Source: Microthyrium microscopicum (Eukaryota). From it: a stretch of 64,000 bases of DNA. Position numbers and translations under genes: made by a program. The stretch is taken from assembly GCA_010405405.1 (NCBI GenBank), contig MU004232.1:1135481-1199480 (forward strand). Reading direction: 5' to 3'. Each line of letters opens with the position of its first letter. Within the stretch, counting starts at the first letter, position 1. Below the pieces are notes generated by a model. The model saw only the letters and a list, made by a program, of their open reading frames with translations. It did not search any database and had not been told where the DNA came from. This document shows, in pieces, positions 12,476-25,947 of this stretch.

Positions 12476-12763
12476 AATAGTTACGCTAACATATGCCACT
12501 ACTTCGAAGGAGCATAATGGTACAACAAGACCTTCGGATTGGTGAGCAATTCGACAGAAAGTACAATGAGCGTCAAATACTTTTCAGTATAGTTTTAGGA
12601 TGTCAACTAGAGATTAAAATAAATGGCATGGCCCATCAGCTTTGCTGGCTTTCGTATGCTACTTCCCTCCTTCGAGTGCTTTAATTGACATAGAGGTCGT
12701 TCAGACTTGGCTCATCTTAGCCGTCACTGCCAAACAAACAAGCAACTTACGCGCTAATCAGAT

Positions 12764-13281
12764 ATGCGTTTCGTATCGGCATTTACTACTCTTTTGCTTG
12801 CCGCTCAGTGACATCTTTCCACAAGAGAGAAGGCGCTCCAGGAGACTGTGCTTTCTGGGAAAAGACTGGCTTTCACTCAAAGTTTTCCCACCAACTATAT
12901 GACCTTAGCCATGGATCAGCCTATATTGGAGCCCAAGACAACAACAATTGCAGCTCTGGGCCCTGATCTGATCAAGACTGCAACGACATAATCAGCGCAG
13001 TTGCACAATAGGTAAGAAAGCTAAGCTTCATGTTGAGCAATCTCGCTATCACACCTTTGCTAACCAAACCTTGATATCAGGCTACGAAAAATGCAAGTGG
13101 TCAGCTCCAGAGCAGCAACGTTGGAAGCTGGACTGCCACCTACTACCTGAATGCCCCGTAAGCAGCTGTTTTTAGTCCCCAAACTTATGAGACTCTCTTC
13201 GCGTGGGGCCCAGATTCCGGTGGCTACAAGGACTAGCAGTACAGACAGTTTGCTTGCAGTTACAACAAGGTTTTGATGTGA
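12764..13281 (+). pseudogene. Degenerate tandem paralog of the 11871 secreted protein
   Basis: Manual translation MRFVSAFTTLLLAAQ* then a frameshift to HKREGAPGDCAF...HQLYDLSHGSAYIGAQDNNNCSSGP*SDQDCNDIISAVAQ*, intron 13012-13080 at the same position, then ATKNASGQLQSSNVGSWTATYYLNAP*...YKD*QY; aligns with the upstream gene. Confidence 0.8.
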
Positions 13282-13494
13282 ATCGTGTATAACAAGTCTA
13301 CATGTCCGGCTACCAACCTGGCAGGAGGCCAACCGGTCGACAAGACAAATGAGGCGTTCCCGTCGAGGGCATCAATTCCCACTTGCTACGTTCTGCTATC
13401 AATTACTCTGATTCTCATTGCATTCAATGTTTCATAATACCTCTACGAACTCAGAAGGAAATAAACTAATCCACACCAGATCGTACCGAGAGGA

Positions 13495-13544
13495 GCCAAC
13501 GATGCCGATGGGGGCCAACGAAGCTGATGGGAACCCACGAAGCT
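13495..13544 (+). repeat. 19-bp imperfect tandem repeat, about 2.6 copies
   Basis: gccaacgatgccgatgggg / gccaacgaagctgatggga / acccacgaagct. Confidence 0.55.
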
Positions 13545-13760
13545 ACTTTGACCGAGAACCAAGAAAGTTCATGTGAGAAAGATTAGACACAATACTTAGT
13601 CTAAGGAGTCAATACAAAGAATCATTTAGGATTATTTATTACATACAAAACAAACTAAGCGCGTACAAGGGTATCTGATATTGATGGTCTCAACCACAAC
13701 CTGCGCGTCAGCAGCCTCTGAGAAAGCTCGCTTTTGATTACGAACTCGTATTATCCGAGT

Positions 13761-16700
13761 TTACAACTCATAGCCCATGGCCTGGACCTTCTCCTTGAAA
13801 TACAACTCGTGCATCTTCTCATTATCCAACACCATTTTGTTCTTTTCGTCCAGAGTGGCGCCTGCATCGGTGATTGGTACCACTTTGCCGCTTTCGCGTA
13901 CTTCCTGGCCAGATATACCAGTAGGGTCACGTGGTACAATGAGACGTGGAAGTTCGTTCCACACACCAGGCGCTAGATATGCGTCATTGGCGAGCGCAGG
14001 ATTGATCTCCTCTTCATCCGGATTGACCTCAGTCTTAGGCATAAGGCGACGCATAGTGGCATAGTCACAATAGATGTGAGGCTTGAGGAACTTGGTGAGC
14101 ATATTAGGACGCGGGTGTTTTGGTGCAAGAATGGTGGAATCGACACCTTCCAGATCGTTCTTTTCGTCAATGGAGCCATTCTTGTGAAGAATATTCGCGG
14201 CAAGACGCTCTTCCGCATCCAAGCTCTTTGGCAAATAGGCTAGTAGCGGTGCAAGAGCGGCATTGAGAGAAATGTGGTAGAGAGCAGTGACAATGACGAG
14301 AAGAATTCCGAGAATGAGTGGGCCAATGCCAGCTTTAACGTTGCTACCCAGTGCAACTGCGATCAAAGCCACAAGGCAGATTTCCGCAAGGTAGAGTCCA
14401 ACGAAAAGTTGTTGAAGAGCTCGCGGGTATAAAAGACCTTTGGTGTCTGGGCCAGTGGTATAGACGTAAAGAATGTTGTACCGATAGGCGAAATAAAAGA
14501 GAAAGAGGCCAAGAGCAGACAGACCGGTCACCAGAGGAGCTATAGGTGCGTAGACGATCGCTGTCCGAGTCAGTCACGTGTCTATTATAGGAACCAAATT
14601 TTGCTTACCAATAACTAAAAGACCAGTGTAAACCGGAAAGACGGTACCGTATTTCATGGCCTTCAAGTTATTCCACTTGATGAACTTAGAGCGCGGTGTC
14701 TTGCCGAGAAATTTGGCCAAAAGAGGCCTCACTACAAGTCCACTCACAGCAGCGAGTGTTCCAGAGAAGACGCCCAGACCCTGAAGAATGATATAACTCA
14801 AGTAGAAGTTGTTAGACTTGGGTATCGATGTCCTCAGAAGTGATATGGCTGACGACGGATTCGAAATGATTTGTGACACTGCGCCCGCAGCAGCGCTAGT
14901 TAGAGTAGTGACCAAAAAGACTTGAACGACCTGGAAGGCGAAGAAATAATTGGAGACAGTATACTCGACGTCTGCGGTAGTTGGAGCACCTCCTAGCTTG
15001 GCCATCCCTGAGAAGATTAGTTCTTGAAACCGCCTGGGGAATGGACAAAACTTACATCTTAAAAATGGTGGTAACAAGGACATGAGTAAAGCAAGCAGTA
15101 CAACTGGAAGCAATCCCTGAACCACACCAAAAATGGGGGTCGGAATCTTCAATAGGAAACTGAGCCATGGCAGGTAGTCTCCGATCAAGGAGCGGATGTT
15201 GGAGAGGGCACCAACAAATGCTACGGGGACAGACCAGTACACAACAGTGGCGACAACAATCGATAGTGTGATAGTCTTTCGAAGGAATCTGGCAGGACCT
15301 TTGATCTTCAAGTTTTTCCAGATAACTTCTCGCGGATGCATTCCAGTGTATCGTGGAGCCATTTTCATCATTTGGTGGTGGGTCAAGCTTTGAAATGCCG
15401 CCTGAGCCTCACTAAGGCTATCAAACTCGACAAATACAGCGCCCTCCTTCTTTGCAGAACCTGAACGGTGGCGAGCTTGTTCTTCGGCGATGATGGGATC
15501 TAGTCTCTGCAGAGTTTATTAGTATTACTGCTCGCACATTTGGTAGTTACATGCATTTGATGCTACAATAAGGACATACCTCAATTTCAGATCGAGCCCA
15601 TGGGATGCTCTCAACTTTCTTGCCAATGAGACCGAGCAAACCCAGACGGTGTGTCGGACGCTGCTTTGGTGTGATCCATCGCTCAGCAGAGGTTTCGCCA
15701 TGAGCCACTTCCGCATCAGTCTCTCCATTTTGATGACTGTGCTGACCAGCTTTGAGGCGCTCTCCGTTCGCGGCCATGATGAGCTTGGTTTCCGCGCCCT
15801 CAAGTTTCATCCCGGCTTTGGTACGCTCCTTGACTAGATCATCGAGGTCATCAGTATCAGTTGGGAACCATACACGCTTGACATGAGATCCAAGCATATT
15901 TCGAAGCTTGGTCTCATCCAGGAATTCTGCTGGCACAGCAGTGTAAAGGACGGTTCTAGCTGGGAGTTTGCTCGCATAAGCCGGATTCATCAAGTAGGCT
16001 TGACGAAGGTTGATGTAATAGATGGATTCACGGGTGATCAGAATCAGAATGAAACCAAAGAATAGCCAGGCGCAACCAACATGAGCATAATAGCGCCAAT
16101 TGCTTGCGCAGTTTGCAAACGTAAGAATATCAAGTTGCTGTGAGATACCACCACCAGTCGCGTTGACTGGAAACAGCACTGGCCATGTAATGGCAGCACC
16201 AACCAGGCAAATGATGACAGACATCTTGAGAAATCGTAAGAAGAAGTAGGCATCGAGACTAGAGCGCTGCAGTACAAGGGTATCCGGAATTGCCCAGAAA
16301 TGTGAGAACCAGGCAAAAATTCCGTTGGGTAAAGGCTCAGAGTGCTCGTCCGATTTGAGCATCCAGGAGCTTGCGCGAGGACTATAGTTCCAGCCAAATT
16401 TCGGCCGTGCCACCATGAAGACAGCGAGCCATATTATTGCAACCAAGGCGACTGGTGCAAGGGTAGATAGAAGCTGTGATGCCGATACGGGTGCTTGTCC
16501 ATTAGCAGATCCGATGTTTTTGTCGCCGCTTTGATCCTGTTGAACCAAAACATTAGCTCGAGTGGTTGAAATAGCAACGAAACAGAACGATGCTTTGCAA
16601 TCATGTACGATACCTATCCTTAACGGCGTCTATCATTGAGCTCTCATGAGAAAGCCAAGAAAGTCAATGGTTTAGAGCGTGGTAGATGGTAGTCATCGTA

Positions 16701-16810
16701 GTGATTGGGGGCATGAGAGTATTGCGTCATAAAACAAATGCTTCTAAACATACCACGCGCTTGACGAGCTCACTCGCAAATTCACGGCGCAGGAACTCAT
16801 GTAGTCCCAT
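13761..16810 (-). CDS. OSCA/CSC1/TMEM63 (RSN1/PHM7-like) calcium-permeable stress-gated channel
   Basis: Multi-exon; SLDAYFFLRFLKM, YYINLRQAYL, RPTHRLG, PREVIWKNL, YFFAFQVVQVFLVTT, FAYRYNILYV and DTKGLLYPRALQQLFVGLYLAEICL motifs. First exon (MGLHEF...) is inferred. Confidence 0.9.
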
Positions 16811-19545
16811 GATTGCGGTGAATTGGACAATTGAAGATTTGTGTGATGGCGAAAGGATGGAGTGAGGTTGGAAGAAATTTAAGATGGATGCGATTCGCGA
16901 TAAACAAAAGTTGGAAGGCACGACCCAGTTGCTGGGGAAGGAACAGCCCAGGGCCAAGGATAGTTGGTCGCGCTTGTCGCTTTGAGCTGGCTCTGGCTCA
17001 ACCACTGACAAACTTGTGTCGACAGAGTTCTGCGACTGTAAATAATGGGAGCCAAAAGGGGGATTTGAGAAAGAAGTGAAAAGAGCAAGGAAATGAGGAT
17101 GAAAAGGACTTTTGACGCTCAATCAATAGTTGGATGGGTTAAGCGTGTAAAATTGGACATCAAGGGATCAGAGAAACACGCTAAGGAGCAATGCAAGCCA
17201 GTGAAGCCACTCTACCGGCTGCCACTGACGCAAGTGTTCTGGATTCAATATTCAAATCTCCAAATCATATGATGATCTGAAACTTTGAGGAGAGGATGAG
17301 AGACAGCAAGAATGCTTCTGCTGGCGGTGAGGAGAATGGTTGCGTTGGGCTGAAAGTGTCACAACAGATGGACTGACATCACTCGTGCGGCCAGCTACAG
17401 ATATAGCTTTGTTGGAGCAAGCAGATAGGTAGCTGTAGCCAGCACCCAGATGGAAGTATCTCCACTGCAGCATGCACTAACTGGTCAAGATCTGAGCTCA
17501 CAAGCTGAGTTGACATGTCACTAACCATCTATCCATTGGTCAATCGCCCAGTTGGTACGCGCACTCACGGTACAAGTTCAACCTGGGCAAGCATCCACCC
17601 AGATCATCGTTGAAAGAGCGCTTGCCGGCGTCGATAATGATTCAGCATGGGTCTCCCCTAACCATTCATCAACAACGCCATGGTTGAAGGTACAGCATCG
17701 CGGCCTCCACAGCCACCATTGTTCCAGGCCAGCCTTCTTCAGACTCCCCTTCTCTGAGTTCTTGCACCCTCAAAATTGAGCATACAACTACTCAATTCGG
17801 CATTCTATGCTCCTCACTTGCATCAAATTATCAATCGTCGTTGCGGATTCGGTCCCATCCGATCGCACGAGATCGGTACCACGCTTAGATGTTACTAGCC
17901 CGCAAACGGCACCAGGTACTTGGCTTCGTATGGTCGTTGGCTGCCCCACCGTGTGCACTGTGCAAATCAGACCACGACTGATACCCTCGAAGAATCTAAA
18001 TTTTCAAAGAAAAAAGATTCATCGGCGAAGTTTTGATACCTTGAATTTATTCCAAGGTCACCAGATACTAGCTCCTCAGTGATCTGTCTGTATCTGATCT
18101 TGAATCTTTATCCACCTCACGATTCATAATCTGTACACCATCAAGTCGCACACAAACCTCTGCGCAACTGTCAAATTGCATCAGAAGATACAATAAATGA
18201 AGCTAACAAATTGTCTCAATGATCACTCGGGGATAGCGTGCGCACGTCAACACGCTAGACCAAGCCTGCAGCTGTCAAAGGCTGTCAAAAAAAACTCAAT
18301 ATCAATTCCTCATCACGAACCTCATCTAATCGCGCAACTGCCAAACTCCTATTTGCTGCCAGCCATCTCGCCAAATCCCTCAGCCACAGATATATGCATC
18401 AGTAGCATCTCTGTTCAAGGATTAAATCCCAGTCCATATGCAATCATCTATCTCGCTTATAGGCAAGCAAGGCAAGGTAATTAGCCTACTCCAGGACCAA
18501 GCGCAGTCGCACCGCCACATTGATGAAGCGAGCCATAGAACATTGGCCAAAAACACCAGCCGCCCAGTCTGAAAATCTAGACTCACGATACAGTACCCCA
18601 GAACATACATACATAAAGATAACAAGCCTCGTGGTCAAACGACTGTCATCATAAATGTGGCTGGGAAAAAACTGCTGAACATCCATGAAGATGAGATGGG
18701 GCCCTAGTCATCCAGCACGTTTAAAGTCTCAAAGATTACAAACGCCTTGCTCCAAAAAGTCACTTCCTCATGCCCTGTCTTGGTGATGTTTACGAACGGA
18801 CTGTCGGCCGAACGTAGATCCCTTGGAACTTTTGGGTATGCATGTTTCACCAGTTTTGGGAGTTATACTTGGTAAAGTGATTTGAAATATGGCCTAGACT
18901 TTGCTGTTTGATGTGAACAATATCAAGGAGTGAACTCCGAGGTCTGGAGATATTGCGAAACTGTGGTCGTACGTAGTGGACCAGAATAGCTACGAAGGTA
19001 GAAAATGGTTGGGCGATGGTTGGTTCCTAGGTCGCCGATATGGAACCGTTGTCAAAGAAAACACGCGCAAGGCCATGCTCCTTGTCATCGGATGCAGTTC
19101 TTAGCTGAGATGGCTATCAGGCTGGGGTACACTATAGCCTGGCTACCAAAACCGCGCCTCACTCAAATCTAACGTCTATAATGTTCTCTCATTTCTGAGT
19201 GAGTCTGGCCTTGGGGAATGGATCATTACGAAAAGGAGATAAAACATGGTCATGTTGAAAGTGATTTCATTCTCTCCTCGCAAACAGAAAAGGAGCATCT
19301 AGAACGAAAAAACTGCTGCTGCTGCTAGTAGACACGCTCTCAACCAAGAGACAACAATGCCCTTTTTCAACCACCCAAGTTGCCAATGCTTATGCTACAA
19401 TGTATAAAATGCCTTTGATCAAAGATAAAAATTTCTGCACAATATTTTCTTGTTCGTAAAATATACATAAAAAGACAGCGCCCCAAAACCAAACCAAACC
19501 ACACTGCCCTAGTGAAGGTTGTCCGGCTTTTTAAGGAAGCGTTCT

Positions 19546-20853
19546 CTATTTCTTGGGTGCAGCTTGCAATTGCTTGTTCTTGCCGTCAAAGATGACATAG
19601 TTGGAGCGGAACATGACATCGCCGTAGATTTGGAGGTTGGCTCCGCCGTTGCCTTGGATGCCGCCGAAACATGTGTTGGCATCGACTTGGGCAAAGGTGA
19701 TCCCAGAGCCGGGGACCATGGCCATGTAGGTGCCCATGGAGACACCAAAGTCGGGGAGTACGGCGTTGCAGGGGTAGGTGAAGCCTCCTACTTGGGGGTT
19801 GTTGACGGCGCCTTTGACTTGGCTGTAGTAGGTTTGGGCGACTTGTTGATCGACGAGGAGGAGAGAAGTGCCAGTGTCTGAGGAAAGTTAGTGTGGTTCA
19901 GAGCTTTGTTTTGGGAAATACATACCGGCAATGGCTGGGGAGGCACCTTGGTTTTGAACCTTTTGGGTACCGACCTGGAAGGATGGTGAGTCGACTTGCC
20001 AGAAACCGGTAGTAGCCTGGACTGGGATGGTGGTGAGTTGTCCAGTGAACTTGGTTGGGTCCATAGCACCGAAAGTGTATGATCCACTGGTGTCGTTGGT
20101 CAAGTCGACAGCGAAGATAGGAGCAGCGAGTTGTGGCATGACGGTGTCGAAGAAGGTGGTTTGCTTTTGCGGCTTGACGGTGTTCAGGTTGGAGAACGCA
20201 AGACCGACAAGGCCATCGTTGTTGGTGTCGCGAACGAATGATTGAGAGACAGCGGTAGCAAGTTCAACAGCCTGGCTGGTAGCGGTGGCGCCACCAATGT
20301 TGACGACATCCATACCGACTGTGCCTGCAGCACCAGATCCATCACCGTACGAGATGGACCAGCTGGCTCCTTGCATGACCTTGAATGATGTGCTCTTCGC
20401 TGGGTCGAAAGCACCGTGTTGACCAATGGTGGCTTTTGATAGAGCTGTGCTGAAAACCCAACTATCGACTATTAGTATCATCTTTTTGACCAATATGAGA
20501 TGGTCTTACAGATCAGATGAACCGGTATCGAAATCCATGGTCACCATTTGTCCTCCAATGCTGACCTGGGAGAGGTACTCGGCAGCATTTGGCTCTGGTG
20601 CTGCTGCAACCTTTCCGGTACCTTGGGCGGCTGCGGTGGTGTTTGCTGCTGCTTGACGTGCAGTGAGCTTGAAGTTGTACTTCAAGAATGCCTTGGCCAT
20701 GGCGTTGGGACCGGCCATTGGGTGGCTACGGTCAATGTTCCTCCGTACATGGTGGGTAAAGCTTCGCTTCTCAAGCGGCCTGGTGGGAGTGGGAGATGCC
20801 AACACTGAGGTGAAGAGCGCCGCCAGGAAAAGAATGGTCTGAATGGAATACAT
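19546..20853 (-). CDS. Secreted aspartic protease, peptidase A1 (aspergillopepsin-like)
   Basis: Signal and pro-peptide; catalytic DTGSSDLWV and ADTGTS motifs; ISYGDGS flap; introns 20509-20462 and 19925-19878. Confidence 0.95.
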
Positions 20854-21117
20854 GTTGTATAAGTCGTATGAGAACTAGCTGGCCGGCAGCAACTATGAGA
20901 TATGTTTTTCTATTATTCACAAATGAATGGAATCCTAAGTGGCGAGAGTGTATATGTCGAATATAACTTGATAACCCGGTGAAGAATAGATGCCGTTGAC
21001 CACGCAAGGCTAACCTGTCAACAGGCAAATGATTGAATGGAAGGGAAGAAGGGAAAGACCAAGGATAGGCGACGACCACCAGCAGTAACAGCAAACGAAA
21101 AGAGATTCAAGAAGATG

Positions 21118-21159
21118 AGGCAGAGTCACCTTTAAGGCAGAGTCACCTTTAAGGCAGAG
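21118..21159 (+). repeat. Perfect 17-bp tandem repeat, 2.5 copies
   Basis: AGGCAGAGTCACCTTTA x2 followed by AGGCAGAG, about 265 bp upstream of the protease ATG. Confidence 0.85.
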
Positions 21160-24100
21160 CACGGGAGCACTATGCATTATGAAGGTCACAAAAGTACCTA
21201 CAAACGTCTTGTTTGACGCGGCCCAAGAGAGACATTGCTAAGGAGCGTCGCAATGCCGAGCCAAAGAGGCGCAAAACATCTGCATCTCAACACTCTCCAA
21301 GGCTCCACACAGGGCCAGCACAAATAGCACGGATTGCCAGACTCAAGGCCCCGCCGAAACGAGTAGGTCGTTGGACAAGAAGAGCCCCGAGACTGCGCGG
21401 CTGTCGAGCATTGGTGGAGAGGTTGACAAACAGGGCGAGTCCAGAAACAAAGTGTGCACAAATGCGTAACACATTAGTCCAGTAAGGACCAGGAGAAATG
21501 GTGGAGTATGTAGGATTGCCGCAGAAAATGATGGTATGGCCCAAGAAAGTCTCCAGTGGCGGCGGGAAGGGCCCGCTGGTGCCGGGTGCCTGCTTGAGGA
21601 TGCTTGAGCCTGTAACTTACGGGTTTGGCAGTTTGAGCAGTTGGCATCTCATTCTCAGGAGGATGAAGTGGTGGAAGCAAACAAATTTGATGGATCTGAC
21701 GGGAAATCCAGGGGCACGGAGCCGCTTATTCGCCAACCGTCACGCAGAGCCGCTCAACTGCATCTGTTCTGGGCCACTCATCTCCCAGCATCTACAGATG
21801 GTGCCGTTTCTCTTGCGTTTCAGTATACCCAGCTTGTCTCAACACCTCATGGTCTTTCTCCCTCTAAAATCCCAAAGAGGAATTCTCTTGGAAGTACCAG
21901 CTAATTATACTTCGTGTGGCCAATGGGCTCAGCGAAGCTCATATGACAAGGAGATATTTACCAACCCAAGACCGCCCAGCGCTGGCAGTACAGAACACCA
22001 GCAATCCCCTTCTTGATAATGCCTGCTGGGGCTATAAGAATAGTATGTCAGATCTCCAGCGTACTGCATTAGTGACAAGCTTGGCCAGGTTTGCACCCTA
22101 TTGTAATACATCGACAGCTTGTTACTTGAACACAAGCTGTGAAGGAATTGAGCATCAGGCGTGAAATGTGACCAACGAACAACTAACAAAGAGAAAACCC
22201 TTATTACCATCGTTTATGGTTTGGTACCTCAAACACTTGTTGGAATATTGGCATATTGCTGGGAGCATGTGCTACTCTTCAATCACACGTCCGTAAGCCT
22301 CTCGGGTTCGTCAACGCAACCCAGCAACGATGAACGAAGCAAGTACAAACTCACTTCTTTGGCATTTGGCATGTCGAGCTTGCGACATCAACTCCATGTA
22401 ACTGCAGTGGGGAGACCTGTAGATGCACAATTCAGGATGCGGTTCCACAACTACCCGAGCCAATCTGGTCGCATCTCCTTTCGAAATCGCCTGTCAGGCC
22501 CTGCATTCAGAAAAAACAAGCCACAATATGCTTGTACTTCTGTCAAAATCGTCCTTCCCCTGGGATTAGCATCCCACTTCTGTAGCTCTAGAAATTATAT
22601 CCACACAAAGAGCAGGAGAGAGCAAGGAAAAGTTCAACAGAAAAGCACATCTGATCTACACCCAAAAGGTGATCATCAACGCGACTCGCTCCTGTCATTT
22701 TGTAACATGCCACGCACGCTTTTTCCTTGATACAGTATCCATTTAACTTTTAATAAAGTCTCGTTATACGTGTAAGACATCCCATCTCATGTAAATTTAC
22801 ATGTACTTATGTTGGAGTATACTGTATTCCTGTTTTATGGCCGACATTTGGATGACAGGGCTCCATGTATGGCCATGAATGAAAACTATGGAAATAGAAG
22901 GATAATGGATCAAACCAAATAGCGAACAATGACGATGATCGACCTATAATCGGTAGCCTTGCTATATCCTCGAATTTAAGCAATTCAGGCCCACATGGGA
23001 TTGACTCGATTTTGTGGAGTGCATGAGATTGTTCAAGGCCTCCCCTCGCTATAGCCATGGTGTTACGATGCAAACAGAGTTCCCGTGAAATAATCGGTTT
23101 ATCATGTCCTATCGATTAATCCTTCCAGCGCTTAATTGAAGGAAGCAAGCCTTTGATTCAAAACAAGAGCAAAATCCTGAAAAAGCCACTTGTATCGACT
23201 TTGCTGTTGCAAGGACTTCTACTCGACATACCGCCACTCAGATGGTTAGACAATCGCGTAAACGAAGAAGAACTGATTTGAGTACGAGGTCGATTGTTCA
23301 AACCACCGAATGGCAAGAAAAATTATATACTCCCAATATCGGCGATGGCCGCCACCACCTTTTCCAAGATTGAGGATGCGATATCTCCCATCGCACTCGT
23401 TAAGCTAGGTATCCAAGCTTGAGCGCTCCTCATGGCCAACGAAATAATCCATGGGAAATGCCAACAGGCTGGGGACAATCTAGTTGATGGCAGTCGCCCC
23501 ATTCAGCTGGCCTTCTGGTCGAGATACATTGAGAATAGAATCGAGACTTCGCGCATAATCATTTGCTACTGAATGGATGGCATTTCTGAAAGCATTCTGT
23601 TGCTTCAGGAGGTGTTCTCTGATGATGAATTTCAAGTCCACTTTTCCCTTCGGTGTCCCATTTCCTCACGGACGGTCAATTAGGACTTCTACATAACAGC
23701 AGCACACCAGCCGGGCAGAGTTATGCGGGTATCACAATTTGCTATTGCAACTGCAGAGGCCACCAGCAGCCAGCATACTTGTGTATTTCCAAGGATATCC
23801 AACTTCCGATACATGGCATGCAGGTAAGACAACAATATGGGGATTTCAATAATGAGTTCGGAGTTGGAGCAAACTTTACCCAGGCACTCGCGGTCCCCCT
23901 TTCCTACCCTCCATGCGAATTGTACACGAAGAAGTGGTAATTGGACGTAACGCGTTCATCTTAGTCTCTCATACGGAGGCAATGTACTAGCTAAGGGTAT
24001 TACCGTACCGCCAGAATTCAGAGAGACCGTTGATTGGCCGTATGCAGTTGCTTCGGCGTCTTGTAAGTGGAACTTGGTAAGAACGAGCAGCGAGTATCTT

Positions 24101-25947
24101 CAACCCAGGCCCGTGGACCGGTATTGCCACGAGCACACACAGGTGCTACTGCATGTATGGATCGCACCGAATGCTCATCCTGCACCAATTTGGGAAATGT
24201 GATCGCTTCAAACTTCGATTTTAGATATTTTAGCTTCATGTCGAGTTGCCGATCAATGTGCTGCTGCGCGCTGAGTCTGACCTCTTGTGAGTCTAGAGTT
24301 GATGCAAAGTCGAAAGACCCGGTCTCGACTGCGGCTTTTCAGACGAACATTACGCTCTCGATTCACTTGTCGAGATCACAAGTCCTGACAAGGAAACTTT
24401 ACGATATAGAGGGTGTTGAACACGGAGCTACCTTATAGCACGTACAGGCGTCCAAGTCGTTACCAGCATTACCTATAGAAGAAATGACAATACCTTGTAG
24501 TGAGTTTTCGATACTTGATGACATTTACATCATCAACTGTTGATCGTGTACGAAAGGTACGCGGTAAGTGGCATCCATGATTTCGCTTCGACGTCGCATT
24601 GTCAGTTTCCAATAGTGGATGTCAGTCACTGAGCACCGAACTACGAGTGGACTACTGGAAACGAAATTTTTTAAAATCTAGGGACTGTTAATGTCTGAAA
24701 GAAGTCCCAAACACTATTTTCTTTTGTTCAAAGGAGATCACAATGGTGCAAACTACAATTGGTGTGAGCGCAAGTTCCTTTTGGACGTGCTCTGGGAAGT
24801 CAGGAAGTAGAATTATCCTAGAGCCCCTATACTTGCTGATTATCAATCAATCTTGTACGGAGTTTGTGTTCATTGGATATCACTGGTATCTTACACTAAA
24901 CAGAATTGATAGTTTTTGGAATGCCCAGCGCTCTGCTTGCAGGATCCACGAATCCAGATGTGAGGTTTCCTTTGCATGGGTCTCTGATAGAATCGATCAG
25001 ATCAAAGTCAAGTCAGGTAGCACTAGCGCATGGTTCTTATCCTTCTGCTAGAGTGAACTGGTCTGAGACTTATGTATGGTTTTAATACATGTTCTTGAGA
25101 TATAGACCAAGGGCCTACTGGTAACAGTCAACACTGCGTCTGCATACTTGCTGACAGGTTTGTCACTGGAAGAATCGCATCGATTAAAATAAACTAAGAG
25201 TACATGAAAAACGATTTTCCAAGGCAATTCTGCGATGTTCTATTATGATTGAGTAGTGTCGTCAAGCTAATGGAAGAGGAGATTAATTCCTGTTAGTCGG
25301 GAAAATGATATCCAGAGTCCGCAAGCCTGGTTCCGGCCAACGTGTCTGCCATGTGAGGATATACGCACATGCTTACATCGCCTATCATATTTCCCATCGT
25401 TTGGGTTAGGATTCCCTGGATTGACAGTTCGCCACGACAAACTAGCAAGATGAGGTGCGTAAAAATACCCGCAATCAACTTCCAATCCAAGCCAACCAAT
25501 GTGCATCTCTCGCTCTGTATGGAGTAGCCTCACGCCATGTGCCTCGTTTACGGTGAGATTTCAAAGGCCCGACTAGAACTTTTTGTTAGTCAACTCCAGT
25601 AGTCGCGCTCATGCTCACCAAGCCCAGAGACTCTCTTGTAGCATTGGTTATGTAGATCCGCTGTGTGGAGTCTAGATGTACGTCGACCAAGCCTTGTCGT
25701 CAAACTAAATGCTCTAGTTCGATTCGCCAAATACTGTATTATGCACCCCAGTAGTTCCCCAGATTGAACTAACAACCATGGGGAAACAGACTGGGGATAA
25801 TGTGGGCTCTAGGATTACCCAAGCTTTAGAGTTGACATGAGATACATATAAGTTGATCGCCGCTTCCATATCTCCCAGGGTTAAGTGTGCTGAACCGTTG
25901 ATTTCTTTCAAGTCTTCAACTCTCAATTCTTTTCCACTTGACTCGAC

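Noticed and set aside
12964..13236. Rescue of the pseudogene stops by A-to-I editing
   Set aside because: Only one stop aligns to Trp; others align to Gln or Glu and a frameshift is also present.
16614..16629. Possible 16-nt micro-exon in the first OSCA intron
   Set aside because: Inclusion breaks the frame; direct splicing gives an in-frame product.
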